IMG/VR virus record: IMGVR_UViG_3300010346_000241
Coordinates: 64,001 to 128,000 of that record
Length of the DNA: 64,000 bases
Reading direction: 5' to 3' (one strand)
DNA from: a virus
Taxonomy: Duplodnaviria > Caudoviricetes
Part shown: piece after piece, positions 21,367-31,470 of the stretch
Numbering within the stretch: position 1 is the first letter of the stretch
How the letters are laid out: each line of letters opens with the position of its first letter
Program-made: the position numbers and the translations under genes
The notes under the pieces: generated by a model
The model's input: only the letters and a program-made list of their open reading frames with translations
Told to the model about the DNA's origin: nothing
Database searches by the model: none

Positions 21367-22599
21367 ATGGGAATCTATTCTAACTTCAACACTTCATCTA
21401 TAGATGATGGTAGCTTCACACCTAGAGATCTCTTCGCAGAGTGCGGTGAGACTGCTACATATGAAGAGCTTGCACTTGCTATGGTAGCTGAGAGCGAGCA
21501 GAATTACATCTCTATCATGAAGGCTATTGCTATCAATGAAGTAAACTACTTCGCTCAGAACGGCGAGGAGATCGTTTACGAGGCAGGCGGTGTGTCTGGC
21601 ATCTTCAACAAGATCAAGGAGTTCTTCAAGAAGCTCATTGAAAAGGTTCGTCAGATTCTTCACTCATTCATCGCTAAGCTTTCTTCTTTCGCAAGCAGCG
21701 ACTCTTCTTTCGTACAGAAGTACCAGAAGGAGTTCTCTGAAAAGTGGAACAAGATAAAGAGCGACTATGAGTTCAGCGGATATAAGTTCACTGTAAAGAC
21801 AGACGCTGCTCTTGATAGAGCAAACATCAAGAGCGGTGCTGTTGAGGCAGTTGCTGCATGCTGCGATAACTCTGCTGAGGCTGCTGTAAAGGCTGCTGTT
21901 GGCGTAACAAGCCTTAACGATATTCTCAATGTCAGCGGCGATCTTAAGAAGATCCTTGACTCTATAAGAGATAACAAGGACGATATCCAGGAAGCTATGA
22001 GAGGTAAAGTAGCTAATGTAGTTACTACTAGCTTCTCATCTGGTACAGCTACAGCTTCTGGTTCTAAGTTATCTGCTTCAGAGTTCTCAAAGGAGCTCTT
22101 TGAGAAATTCCGTGGCGGTGAAGAGAACAAGCAGAGCCTCGAGCTTAAGAAGGAGTTCTCAGTTGCCGACATCGTTGGTGACGTAAAGAACACTGATAAG
22201 TTCAAGAAGGCTGCTCAGAAGTTCACTGATGCTGTTGTTAAGGGCCTCAACGACGAAATCAAGGTTCTTGATAAGCTCGAGAAGGATATCGTTAAGATTC
22301 AGACTGGCGATGATATTAAGGCTAAGAGCGGCAACGACAAGACAGCTGCTTCTAATAGCGCTTCAAATGTTCTCGGTCTCGTATCAGAGGCAAATGGCCT
22401 TATCAAGGATTACTCTTCTTACTATGTACAGGCTAACGGTATCTACCTCCAGGCTATAGCTGACAGAAATCGTCAGGCTAAGGCTATCATGGTTAAGGTT
22501 ATCGGCAGTACAAAGAAGATGACAGAATCTTACGACGAGGATGAACACGAGGGAGTTGCTGAGTCAGTTAACTACTTCGACAAGATCGTTCTCAAGTAA
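21367..22599 (+). CDS. Inner head protein paralog 2
   Basis: Same MGIYSN start as paralog 1; IVYE then GIFNKIKEFFKKLIEKVRQIL; FSGYKFT motif. Confidence 0.65.
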   Translation: MGIYSNFNTSSIDDGSFTPRDLFAECGETATYEELALAMVAESEQNYISIMKAIAINEVNYFAQNGEEIVYEAGGVSGIFNKIKEFFKKLIEKVRQILHSFIAKLSSFASSDSSFVQKYQKEFSEKWNKIKSDYEFSGYKFTVKTDAALDRANIKSGAVEAVAACCDNSAEAAVKAAVGVTSLNDILNVSGDLKKILDSIRDNKDDIQEAMRGKVANVVTTSFSSGTATASGSKLSASEFSKELFEKFRGGEENKQSLELKKEFSVADIVGDVKNTDKFKKAAQKFTDAVVKGLNDEIKVLDKLEKDIVKIQTGDDIKAKSGNDKTAASNSASNVLGLVSEANGLIKDYSSYYVQANGIYLQAIADRNRQAKAIMVKVIGSTKKMTESYDEDEHEGVAESVNYFDKIVLK

Positions 22600-22640
22600 T
22601 CGGCTCTGATCTACATCACAATTATACACAAGCAATATAG

Positions 22641-22676
22641 AGTCGGGAGGGCCAATAGACCCTCCCGATTTTCTTT
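22641..22676 (+). terminator. Intrinsic terminator
   Basis: TCGGGAGGG/CCCTCCCGA stem plus T-rich tail. Confidence 0.75.
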
Positions 22677-22681
22677 GTCTT

Positions 22682-22693
22682 AACTTTATAGTA
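22682..22693 (+). promoter_or_regulatory. Late promoter variant AACT-N6-TA
   Basis: AACT-ttatag-TA upstream of 22718. Confidence 0.6.
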
Positions 22694-22717
22694 ATACATA
22701 CGAAAGGAGAGAAGTCT

Positions 22718-23950
22718 ATGTCACTTTTCAAAGTTGACTTTGCTGCTCTGTCCAGTGTTCCCAATAGATCCCGTTCAGAGGCTTCTGGAGACACTACTAT
22801 TCACGAGCATGCATTCTCAAGTGCTTTAGCTATAGACAACCTGGCTACTGCAGAAGCAGAAGCTTCTTACGACTATATGTCTGAGTGTTATGCATTCCTC
22901 TCAGGCTATAACCGTTCATACTTCGATGCTTCTAAGCAGCTTTACAAAACTATCATGGAAAGCTGTGACTCACCTGAAGTGATTCATGAAGGCTTTGGTG
23001 ATTTCTTTGGTAAGGTCAAAGAGATCATCAAGAAGTTCCTTGCTTGGATCAAGAAGATCTTCAACAAGTTCATTGCTAAGATGAACAGTATGTTCAAGGC
23101 TGAAGGATATCTTAAGAAGAACAAGAATGAGTTCTCCAAGTTCAAAACTGAAGATGAGTTCGAGTTCGAAGGATATAAGTTCACCAACCTCTACGATGGT
23201 GGTAATGTCCCAGTAATCACTACTTTGGGTCTTGATATGGATAACACCAACAATACTCTTAAAGATGCTTTCGGTAGTGGTACACTCAACTATGATGTAC
23301 TCAAAAGCAAGTATGATGCTTTTGATGATACTAAGGAAGATTTCTTTGATGCTTTCAGAGGTAAGGTTCTCGGCGACAATACAGACATTCCCGCAAGTCA
23401 GTTCGAAGAGGAGTGCTTCCTCAAGTTCAGAGATGACTCTAAGGATAAGAGTAAGTTCACTATCACTTCATCTGAAGTAAGTGCGGCTTATACGAGATTC
23501 GATGGTTATGAGAAGCTCAAGAAGTCTGTCGAGAAGACAAGGAATGATATCGACAAGGAGTATGGTGCTCTCGAGAGATACTTCGAGAAGTCATATAAAC
23601 TGTCTAAGGATTCATTCAAGATCACAGATTACAGTGGTTCTCATGCTTCATATGTCGATGCCCAGAAGACACATCTTGGTATGGATGGATATGACGATGA
23701 GAAAAGGTATGCAGATACTCTTGCAAATGGAAATCCTGGTACTAAGACTAAGGCTACTGCTGCTGAACAGAAGGCACTTATCGAATCGTTCCTTAGAGCT
23801 CGTGCTGCTCAGGTAAACCAGATGAGTAATATCCACGGTATTGCATTCTCTGCTAAGCTGACTGCTGCTAAGGATTGCTTCAATCAGGATAAGGCTATTC
23901 TGTACAAGGCCCTCTCAAAGATTAAGGGCCATAAAGCAGATACTATATAA
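22718..23950 (+). CDS. Inner head protein paralog 3
   Basis: VIHE then GDFFGKVKEIIKKFLAWIKKIF; FEGYKFT motif shared with paralog 2. Confidence 0.65.
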   Translation: MSLFKVDFAALSSVPNRSRSEASGDTTIHEHAFSSALAIDNLATAEAEASYDYMSECYAFLSGYNRSYFDASKQLYKTIMESCDSPEVIHEGFGDFFGKVKEIIKKFLAWIKKIFNKFIAKMNSMFKAEGYLKKNKNEFSKFKTEDEFEFEGYKFTNLYDGGNVPVITTLGLDMDNTNNTLKDAFGSGTLNYDVLKSKYDAFDDTKEDFFDAFRGKVLGDNTDIPASQFEEECFLKFRDDSKDKSKFTITSSEVSAAYTRFDGYEKLKKSVEKTRNDIDKEYGALERYFEKSYKLSKDSFKITDYSGSHASYVDAQKTHLGMDGYDDEKRYADTLANGNPGTKTKATAAEQKALIESFLRARAAQVNQMSNIHGIAFSAKLTAAKDCFNQDKAILYKALSKIKGHKADTI

Positions 23951-23967
23951 GAAGGGAGGATAAGACT

Positions 23968-25431
23968 ATGTACGAAAGTAGATATACTGATATAATAGCT
24001 CATGAGTACTATCTCTTAGATCTTGAGCTTCAGCAGGCTGACATGACAAGATACGTTAACGAGTGTGTAATCCTCTCTGGTACTGATAAGAGAAAGGCTA
24101 TCGAGGAGATGGCTATCTTCAACGAAGGAGCACTCGGCGACAAGTTCAAGAAGGTATGGGCAAGAATCAAGTCCTTCTTCGCTAAGATCTATCAGAAGTT
24201 CCTTGAGAGTCTTCAGGCTTGGGCGAGTGATAATATTACTTATCTTAAGCAGTATGGTAATATCATTCTCGAGAAGAAGTGTAAGATCGCTAATGCTAAG
24301 ATGCAGAATCACTTCAACGGAATGAAGCTTTATGAGCAAAAGCTTCTGCCCAATGTAAAAACTATCTTCACAACAATACCAGACTTCACTGAGTTAGAGA
24401 AGATATCTAACACTCTTGCTAATATCACTAAAGAGACCGACAAAGTTGCTAAGGGACAGGAAGCTGTAGATGCATATACATTACAACAGCAGAATGTCGT
24501 AGCAAAAGCTCTTACAGGAAACGATAACGATTCGGATCTTATAGATTCTAACGATACAGCTGGCTTCGGCGGTCGTATTCGTAACTGGCTGAATGGAGGA
24601 GAAACTGTAGAAGACTTCTCTGGTTCAGATCTTGAAGAGCATATGGAGACTATGTACAACTTCCTCTACAGATACGACGCTACAGTAGAAGGTCTTAAGA
24701 AGATTAAAGACGCATTTGACCAGGGTATGACTAACATCGAAACTTCATATAAGAAAGGTTTCGATGAGATGAAGAAGAAGGTTAAGGACGATCTCAACAA
24801 TGGCGATAATGCTAAAATAGCTAAGTCCAAAGCTGCAGTGGATGCCGACAATGTCAAAAAGAGTGATACTCTTGGTCAAGAGCTCAAAAATGTTCAAGAT
24901 GACGCTAAGAAGGCCTCTGCAGAACTCAAGAGACAGCCTCAGAACTCAGCGTACTCATATGTGTACGGTAGAGTCATATCGGAAGCTGAGACTACGATGA
25001 GTACTGGATCTAACAGTACAACTAGCACAGTATCTGGAGGAGGTGCTGGTAAAGATACTAAGAATCTTGACACTGCTAATAAGTCTGATAGACAGAGCAG
25101 TTCAGAGACTTCTAAGACAGTGAAAGCTGATGCTACTACTGGAAAGACTGTAGGAACTGGTGCAGGAGCAAGTGCTGCAGTTAATATTGCTGGACAGACT
25201 GGCGTAAAGAATGAGGATCTTGAAAATTACGAAACTAACGCTTTATCTATGGTGAGAGCTTGGGGTAATGCAAGATCTATCTGTATGGGTGCAGCACTCA
25301 ACATGCTTTCTGATACCCGTAAAGATTACATGGACATCATTAGAGCTCATGTAAGATCATGGGTAGGACAGACTGCTGGTCCTGATCAGAATGTCGAAGC
25401 CAAACCTAGTGGTAATGTTAATAGAGCATAA
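23968..25431 (+). CDS. Inner head protein paralog 4
   Basis: IFNE then GDKFKKVWARIKSFFAKIYQKF; Ser/Thr/Gly-rich C-terminal insertion. Confidence 0.6.
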   Translation: MYESRYTDIIAHEYYLLDLELQQADMTRYVNECVILSGTDKRKAIEEMAIFNEGALGDKFKKVWARIKSFFAKIYQKFLESLQAWASDNITYLKQYGNIILEKKCKIANAKMQNHFNGMKLYEQKLLPNVKTIFTTIPDFTELEKISNTLANITKETDKVAKGQEAVDAYTLQQQNVVAKALTGNDNDSDLIDSNDTAGFGGRIRNWLNGGETVEDFSGSDLEEHMETMYNFLYRYDATVEGLKKIKDAFDQGMTNIETSYKKGFDEMKKKVKDDLNNGDNAKIAKSKAAVDADNVKKSDTLGQELKNVQDDAKKASAELKRQPQNSAYSYVYGRVISEAETTMSTGSNSTTSTVSGGGAGKDTKNLDTANKSDRQSSSETSKTVKADATTGKTVGTGAGASAAVNIAGQTGVKNEDLENYETNALSMVRAWGNARSICMGAALNMLSDTRKDYMDIIRAHVRSWVGQTAGPDQNVEAKPSGNVNRA

Positions 25432-25436
25432 ACTTT

Positions 25437-25461
25437 TCGGAGAGGGAAGTTCCCTCTCCGA
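25437..25461. terminator. Bidirectional terminator hairpin
   Basis: TCGGAGAGGGA/TCCCTCTCCGA between convergent genes. Confidence 0.7.
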
Positions 25462-25465
25462 TTCT

Positions 25466-26656
25466 TTATATCTTCTTGAACAACAGTATCGTTGTCATTA
25501 CGAAGTACTCATTCTGCTTTACGAAGAACTGTTTCACTGCACTCAGAAGGTATCTTCCACTATACTCTTCATGGTCTTCATCCATAGTGATAATGTACTC
25601 CTTGTTCATAGTGAAGATGCTGGCATCAAGGTCGTTCTTAGTGATACTGAGGAAGACATTGTTCAGCTCGTAATCTGCAGTGATATTGTTGATAGCATTC
25701 TGGTCATTATTACTCAGATTCACTATCTTGTTCATCATAGTGGTCACGTTAGTATCGTTACCCTCTATCAACTTCTCCTTCACATTACCGCTGCTATCTA
25801 TGGTTGTGATCTTGTTCACCATCTTGTTAGTCACGTTATTTTTTGTGAAGTTGATGTTTGCTAATGGTACATCCATGATATACTTACCATTCCTTGCATC
25901 TACTACCATACCAGACTCAGAGTCTTCATCAGGTATAATATTAGTCACATTGATCTCAACCGTAAAGATGTTCTGGTTCTTTGTCTGTATAGGCTTTCCC
26001 TTACTAGACACTATGTATGTCATGTCGAAGTCTATGAAGAACCTATATCCAGTATCATAGAAAACTGACAGGTTGTTGTTGAGGAATGCTATGTACTGAG
26101 CTATGCTATTTGTAGGAGGTATGATAATCTGGTCATACTTATTATCATAGTCTACTGGCTCTAGTACAGTGTTTCCCACATAATCGGTTATCTGAAGTAT
26201 CAGTGAGTTTGTAGTGGCATTCTTGAAGATACCATTGATAACCTTGCGGTTGTTGTTCACTGCATCCTGCTGAATCAGCCACATAGTAACCTCTTTATAC
26301 TTCTCTCTTGTATGCTCTTGTCCATTGCCATAATCTATCTCTGCAGTTTGAGAGATGTCATCTCCTAAGAAGTAGATGAAACGATCATGGAAGTACTTCT
26401 TAGTGATATTGTCGTTTTGGTTAGAGGCATCATATCTGAAGATACCCAACTCTACGATGTTCTCATTAGTATTCTGTATCATCATGTCCAGTATATCTCT
26501 TTCGATGTTGCAGTTCACTGCTATGACAGGCATGTTGTTACTATCGAAAGTTCTATCTATACCTACATATTGTATCTGCTGTGGGTCTATAGCTATCTCA
26601 TATCCGAAGTGGATGTAGCTAAGAGTCACTTTGTATCTATACGATTCAAGTGCCAT
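25466..26656 (-). CDS. Putative baseplate hub protein (T4 gp27-like)
   Basis: Start refined to 26656 (AAAGGAG RBS). Beta-rich; ends YSGRYLLSAVKQFF, like the hub GxYLIxxVxH motif. Late-promoter variant TACA-N6-TA at 26677-26688. Confidence 0.55.
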   Translation of the reverse strand: MALESYRYKVTLSYIHFGYEIAIDPQQIQYVGIDRTFDSNNMPVIAVNCNIERDILDMMIQNTNENIVELGIFRYDASNQNDNITKKYFHDRFIYFLGDDISQTAEIDYGNGQEHTREKYKEVTMWLIQQDAVNNNRKVINGIFKNATTNSLILQITDYVGNTVLEPVDYDNKYDQIIIPPTNSIAQYIAFLNNNLSVFYDTGYRFFIDFDMTYIVSSKGKPIQTKNQNIFTVEINVTNIIPDEDSESGMVVDARNGKYIMDVPLANINFTKNNVTNKMVNKITTIDSSGNVKEKLIEGNDTNVTTMMNKIVNLSNNDQNAINNITADYELNNVFLSITKNDLDASIFTMNKEYIITMDEDHEEYSGRYLLSAVKQFFVKQNEYFVMTTILLFKKI

Positions 26657-26740
26657 GAGATCACTCCTTTCATACTTATTAAGATGTACACGGATAAGAA
26701 AAAACAAAGCGTGAGAGGGCACAAGAGTGCCGAGACAGGA

Positions 26741-26986
26741 TTAACCTGTCCCAGCAATTCTTGTATATACATAATACCCCAACACTATCAGCAGGAATGC
26801 TGCTATGAAGAATGATATAGAGATAATGATAAGTATCCTCCATCCATGAAGTCTTTCCTTCTCACTCATAGCATTCTTCTTACACTGGAATGCTTTCTTC
26901 ATGTTATCCATCCCTATATAGATACATGATCCAGCAATCACAAAGAGTAGAGTCTTAATGACTCTAAGAATAACATCATGAGTCAT
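26741..26986 (-). CDS. Small two-TM membrane protein (81 aa)
   Basis: Two hydrophobic segments; GAGGA RBS. Confidence 0.65.
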   Translation of the reverse strand: MTHDVILRVIKTLLFVIAGSCIYIGMDNMKKAFQCKKNAMSEKERLHGWRILIIISISFFIAAFLLIVLGYYVYTRIAGTG

Positions 26987-27025
26987 ATAATCTTACCATC
27001 CTCTCTATCATCATCGTTTTCTTCC

Positions 27026-27499
27026 TTATTCCATATGTTTTTCGATTACATCGAGAAGTGGATGCTGATAACCAAAGCCGAACAGACTCTCTAGATCTTT
27101 GTTCTCTTCACTATTACTAAGAGCTTCAACGAATGTGGGCTCACCAATCGAAAACACAGGATGCATGTTTCCTTCTACACTCTCATGAGCGATTCTAATG
27201 AAACGCTTATACATTACTTCTACCATAAGCTTAGCAAGCTGCTCATGTGTAGAATCTACACAGAAGATTACATGAAGAGTACTTCCGTCATACTCATCAT
27301 CACTAGGAGCATTGTTACAGTAAAGCATAAGAGCAGCTATATCATAGTGCTCCATAATGTGGTACTTAACCACATTAAAGTAGTGTCCCTTAAACTGGTC
27401 GATCATAGCTTTCATTCTCTTATCGTCCAGATTGTTCACAGTTTCTATAGCAATAGTACTTGTGAATTTGTCCTTCTTATCTTCGTTGAATAAGTTCAT
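27026..27499 (-). CDS. Hypothetical protein
   Basis: Start refined to 27499 (GGAGGA RBS). Confidence 0.7.
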   Translation of the reverse strand: MNLFNEDKKDKFTSTIAIETVNNLDDKRMKAMIDQFKGHYFNVVKYHIMEHYDIAALMLYCNNAPSDDEYDGSTLHVIFCVDSTHEQLAKLMVEVMYKRFIRIAHESVEGNMHPVFSIGEPTFVEALSNSEENKDLESLFGFGYQHPLLDVIEKHME

Positions 27500-27515
27500 A
27501 ACTATTCCTCCCATC

Positions 27516-28604
27516 TTATGCGTAGAACAAGTGTATGATATCAATCGGATTCCGAGTGAAGTACTCATTATTGATACTCTCTACACCTGCTACATCTGAT
27601 AACTGAGTCTTAAGCGTGAATGTAGACTCAGGCTTTGTCTGATAGAAATTCGCCTTGTAGAAGAGATCTATTATCTTGTATCTCTCATACAGGTTCATCT
27701 TATCCTTCTTAAGACTAACCTCTTTCAGTATGCCTTCAATAGCATCTGGAGAGTTGTAGCCGTTAAGAATTCTATTGTCTCTTACCATTCCAGTTATCAA
27801 AGATACTGCTCTGGAAGAGCTGAAGTATATCGGCAGATCTAATTCACTGTAACTGGTCATCGCCATATATAACGGAAGTAGTCCAGGAACTAAAAATGCC
27901 TCTAGCGCCGTTTTCATGTGCCTTCTCTGTGTTCTGTACACTGAAACAACGTTGCGTTGATGTACGCAAAATGACGTGTCCCCAGATGACGTTTTGCGTG
28001 GTCTGAAGACAGCCACATTTTCATATTGGCAAGGGATTTGCCACATCATATCATTCTTAGAGATGATTATCGCAGGGGTGTTTATCCCTGCGTCTCTGTG
28101 CTGTTTAATGTCTGTCATTGTTACTATAGAAGAATCCCAAGTTCTTTCCATAAGATATATACCTGGAATATAGGGACAGAGTGTTCGCAGCATCTTAAGA
28201 TTGATGTCAATGATTTTATCGAGGTGTTCATTGTGACAGTAGTGGTTGATAGTAACCCCTTGAGGCTGTTCACTGAACACCAGATAGAACTCTGTTCTTA
28301 CATGATAGCCGCTCCAATAGAATGATCTAAGATGAGCAGCCAGATTCAACAGGGCTGATGTGAGGATATTGGATGAAGACTCAAAGAGTCCATCTGGTCC
28401 TAACAGCGATCTGTTATATATAGACTTGATAATATCATAGCAATCTATATACACAATCAGATTGTCTGAATCCGATCCTGAGAAAGCCTCACTAGTGAGC
28501 TCCCTCAGATTATCATACTTGATGTAGTAAGAGTAGAGTATAGCTTGTACAGGGATATACTCTGAGTTAAAGCCTCTTTTGGCGGGAACGAAGTACATAC
28601 TCAT
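27516..28604 (-). CDS. Conserved-looking protein, possibly a degenerate 5'-3' exonuclease (FEN/PIN-like) fold
   Basis: The pattern IVYIDCYDI..FYLVFS..IIISKNDMMWQI resembles the T4 RNase H/FEN layout, but acidic residues are partly lost; AGGAGG RBS. Confidence 0.4.
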   Translation of the reverse strand: MSMYFVPAKRGFNSEYIPVQAILYSYYIKYDNLRELTSEAFSGSDSDNLIVYIDCYDIIKSIYNRSLLGPDGLFESSSNILTSALLNLAAHLRSFYWSGYHVRTEFYLVFSEQPQGVTINHYCHNEHLDKIIDINLKMLRTLCPYIPGIYLMERTWDSSIVTMTDIKQHRDAGINTPAIIISKNDMMWQIPCQYENVAVFRPRKTSSGDTSFCVHQRNVVSVYRTQRRHMKTALEAFLVPGLLPLYMAMTSYSELDLPIYFSSSRAVSLITGMVRDNRILNGYNSPDAIEGILKEVSLKKDKMNLYERYKIIDLFYKANFYQTKPESTFTLKTQLSDVAGVESINNEYFTRNPIDIIHLFYA

Positions 28605-28900
28605 CCCTCCTTGAGAAGCTTATTGATTATACGACTCATACAGTCGATGCAGATGTCTCCACGAAGGTTTGTGAAGTCCTTATCGTTTCCACATATTGCG
28701 CAGTTATGCATGAAAGTAGCATGCTGTTTCGGCAGAATGTCTGCTTTAAGTACACACGTTTCGTATCTACAGAATCCTCTTGAATCGTGGTTGATACAGG
28801 AAGCATCATCACACTTCTCTATGTAAACACCATCGTCAAGCTTCTTATGTTCGTCATCAGTATTAGATACAATACTGATATCACTTTCATTGTATCCCAT
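28601..28900 (-). CDS. Cys-rich zinc-binding protein (99 aa)
   Basis: C-x4-C..C-x4-C and CxxC..CxxC motifs. Confidence 0.65.
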   Translation of the reverse strand: MGYNESDISIVSNTDDEHKKLDDGVYIEKCDDASCINHDSRGFCRYETCVLKADILPKQHATFMHNCAICGNDKDFTNLRGDICIDCMSRIINKLLKEG

Positions 28901-29136
28901 TATTTGTAACCTCCTTCAAGATATCCGAGATAAATCTCTTGGGCTACATTGACAGCTTCTACTACGCTATCTTCACAATTGAGGTAGATAGCAAGTTTTC
29001 CGCTGTCGTTCTTGTCAGGTATTATGATTGGTTGTTGATGAGAATCAAGGTTAGATTTGATAAAGTCGAACTTAGTGGGGGTGATTGATATCAACTCCCC
29101 ACGTCCGTTCGTTTCGATGCATACTTTCCACCTCAA
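28900..29136 (-). CDS. Hypothetical protein (78 aa)
   Basis: Overlaps both neighbours, suggesting translational coupling. Confidence 0.6.
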   Translation of the reverse strand: MRWKVCIETNGRGELISITPTKFDFIKSNLDSHQQPIIIPDKNDSGKLAIYLNCEDSVVEAVNVAQEIYLGYLEGGYK

Positions 29137-29528
29137 AGTTTCATTAACTCCGATGGATCATAGTATTCATCATCAACCTCTCCTGCTTTTTCGTCATAGA
29201 GCTCATCGCCCTTTCCAAGAACAGTGTTAAGACTTCTTCTGAAATCGTCTCTGTCCTTAAGGCTAGAAATGATATCTTTTGTCTTACCGAAACCAAGGTT
29301 AACAAGTGTTTCAGCAAGAGTGTTGGGTCCTTCAGGTGTCATGAAAGTTACACCCTTAAGAGGGAACTCTCCACCATCAGGCATATTTCTCCAACGACGA
29401 AGCTCAAGGTTTGAAGGTCTGTCTCCCCATTGAACTTCTCTGAGAGCTGTAAACTGGTTCTCTTTCTCTTCGATTATCTCGTCGATACCAGTAATATCGA
29501 AAGTAATCTTAGTACCTGTTTCAGTCAT
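29133..29528 (-). CDS. PC4/YdbC-like single-stranded DNA-binding protein
   Basis: LREVQWGDRPSNLELRRW..KGVTF matches the PC4/YdbC pattern; acidic C-terminal tail; start refined to 29528. Confidence 0.7.
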   Translation of the reverse strand: MTETGTKITFDITGIDEIIEEKENQFTALREVQWGDRPSNLELRRWRNMPDGGEFPLKGVTFMTPEGPNTLAETLVNLGFGKTKDIISSLKDRDDFRRSLNTVLGKGDELYDEKAGEVDDEYYDPSELMKL

Positions 29529-29547
29529 TACATTTCTTCCTTTCATG

Positions 29548-29579
29548 AAAAAATAGTGGCGGAGTTAAACCCCGCCACT
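29548..29579 (-). terminator. Intrinsic terminator
   Basis: AGTGGCGG/CCGCCACT stem with a T-run on the minus strand. Confidence 0.7.
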
Positions 29580-29600
29580 TTGTTGTTGCCGCTAGAAAGA

Positions 29601-30623
29601 TCAGATGAACTTTCTCTGCATCGGGATTCCAGTAACGATGACTCCCTGGTTCATGATTGAGTTCACATTTCTCGCTGCAGGATTGTTCTGAAGGATAGCC
29701 TTCATTCTAATAACGTTGATGTTCTGGTAGTCGCCGTTATCGTAAAGGTCAGTACGGAGTTCGCCCTGCCACTCTCTGATGAGCTGTACAGTCCAGCCAT
29801 CATACTTGGTCTTACGAACCCAGATTCCTTCTTTGTTCTTGTGCCAGTCCTCAATTATTGAGTCTTCGCCGTGCTTGAGGATCTCCTCATACAGCTTCAG
29901 ACCATCGAGTGTAACGAGCACTTCATAGATCTTCTGGTTAATGTTATAAGGGTGATTTACCACGTTTACAGTAGTAATCAGATCCCAGTTAACCTGGCCT
30001 TTGTTGTTCTTGATCTGCTTAACGGTGATAGAGCCGTTCTGCGGATTTACAATGCCGACGCAGTCAGGAACATAGTCTTTGATAACTTCCTTGAGGTTAT
30101 CTGTAATGAATACCTCGTTATTCTTAGCAGCCTTGCCGAACTTCATAGCATTGTAGATGCTGAGAGCATCTGATGCTGATGACTCCTTAACGGAACCAAG
30201 CTTAGACTGTACTGCTCTGAACTTAGTGTCATCGTCGTTTTTCTGTGTGTAGATGAAACGAGCAGTTACACTGAAAGTTCCCTGCTGATTGTTCGAATTG
30301 ACGTTGTCATGCCAGTCGCATGCACAACCCTCAAAGTCGAAGAAGATTCCTCTAAGGAACTCCGATGTTTCCTTAAGGACCATGTTGCTGTTCACAGGTA
30401 CAGCATACTGTACGGGAACAGGCTTATAGTCACCCTTCCACTTGATCTTGCCGATCTTCTTTTCTGCGGGTGTATCCTTTGAAGTAGATGATGTATCTAC
30501 TGTTGTAGCTTCGTCCGAACCTGTTGATGCAGCTGTGGGATCTGCTACGGGTGTGTCACTGTCGTCGATATGATCCTTCAGGATCTCATCGAGTACTGTG
30601 CTTTCCATTGACTTAATGCTCAT
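29601..30623 (-). CDS. Hypothetical protein (340 aa) with an acidic, disordered N-terminus
   Basis: AAAGGAGG RBS; has its own terminator. Confidence 0.75.
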   Translation of the reverse strand: MSIKSMESTVLDEILKDHIDDSDTPVADPTAASTGSDEATTVDTSSTSKDTPAEKKIGKIKWKGDYKPVPVQYAVPVNSNMVLKETSEFLRGIFFDFEGCACDWHDNVNSNNQQGTFSVTARFIYTQKNDDDTKFRAVQSKLGSVKESSASDALSIYNAMKFGKAAKNNEVFITDNLKEVIKDYVPDCVGIVNPQNGSITVKQIKNNKGQVNWDLITTVNVVNHPYNINQKIYEVLVTLDGLKLYEEILKHGEDSIIEDWHKNKEGIWVRKTKYDGWTVQLIREWQGELRTDLYDNGDYQNINVIRMKAILQNNPAARNVNSIMNQGVIVTGIPMQRKFI

Positions 30624-30713
30624 ATCAAGTCCTCCTTTAGTTATTTTTATTATAATGGAGTTGTCCCTGAAGTAAGAAGCTACCCAAGGACACTCCTATT
30701 ATATACATTCAAT

Positions 30714-31457
30714 TTATCTTTTAGCAAGCTCATCCATGAAGTCTGCTATTCCTTTCAGATTCTTGTCATCTTCATTGTTGTCTGGATCTAAATCTCTGCT
30801 CTTGCTTGTATAGGTGATCAGATAGAAGTGATCATCTTTATCTACTATCACCTGATATTCCTGAACGATCTTTGAAAGGTTTATAGAGAAGTCATAGTCA
30901 AAGAGCTTATAACCGAGCAGTTCTATATCGAACTGCCTCTCAAACTCTTCGATGAACTGCTCAGCCTCATATTTATCTGTTATGAGATTACAATGCTGAG
31001 TCTCAACGATGCCTGTTTCGATGTGAAACAGCGATAAGATGTTGTATGCTACGACATCATTGCTTATTCCGAGTCTCTTAAGAGTAGTTACATCATCGTT
31101 TACATACAGAGCAAAGACATAGTTATCTTTAGCTTCAATAGCTTTGATCTCTTTCTTGATATGTATAGGCCTCTTTATAGACCATGCATTGTACGCTCTG
31201 ACAACTTTACCATTATCATGTCTAAGCACGAAGTAGTAATCACCCATTACCTTATCTATAGCAAGTGTCATGATAGGCACTAACTCTATACAAGTTTCAG
31301 GTATACCGAGCGAAACTTCGTGTGTCTCAACGTTTTCGTATACTGGTTTGTCTCCATATACATAATCTATATGACGATAGAGCTCATACTCATCATCACT
31401 TATCTTATTGTACCAATAGGTTCCTACCAGTTTCTTGTTATCTGTTTCCTTACTCAT
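30714..31457 (-). CDS. Hypothetical protein
   Basis: AGGAG RBS before ATG 31457; follows dcd. Confidence 0.7.
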   Translation of the reverse strand: MSKETDNKKLVGTYWYNKISDDEYELYRHIDYVYGDKPVYENVETHEVSLGIPETCIELVPIMTLAIDKVMGDYYFVLRHDNGKVVRAYNAWSIKRPIHIKKEIKAIEAKDNYVFALYVNDDVTTLKRLGISNDVVAYNILSLFHIETGIVETQHCNLITDKYEAEQFIEEFERQFDIELLGYKLFDYDFSINLSKIVQEYQVIVDKDDHFYLITYTSKSRDLDPDNNEDDKNLKGIADFMDELAKR

Positions 31458-31470
31458 GGTTACATCTCTC

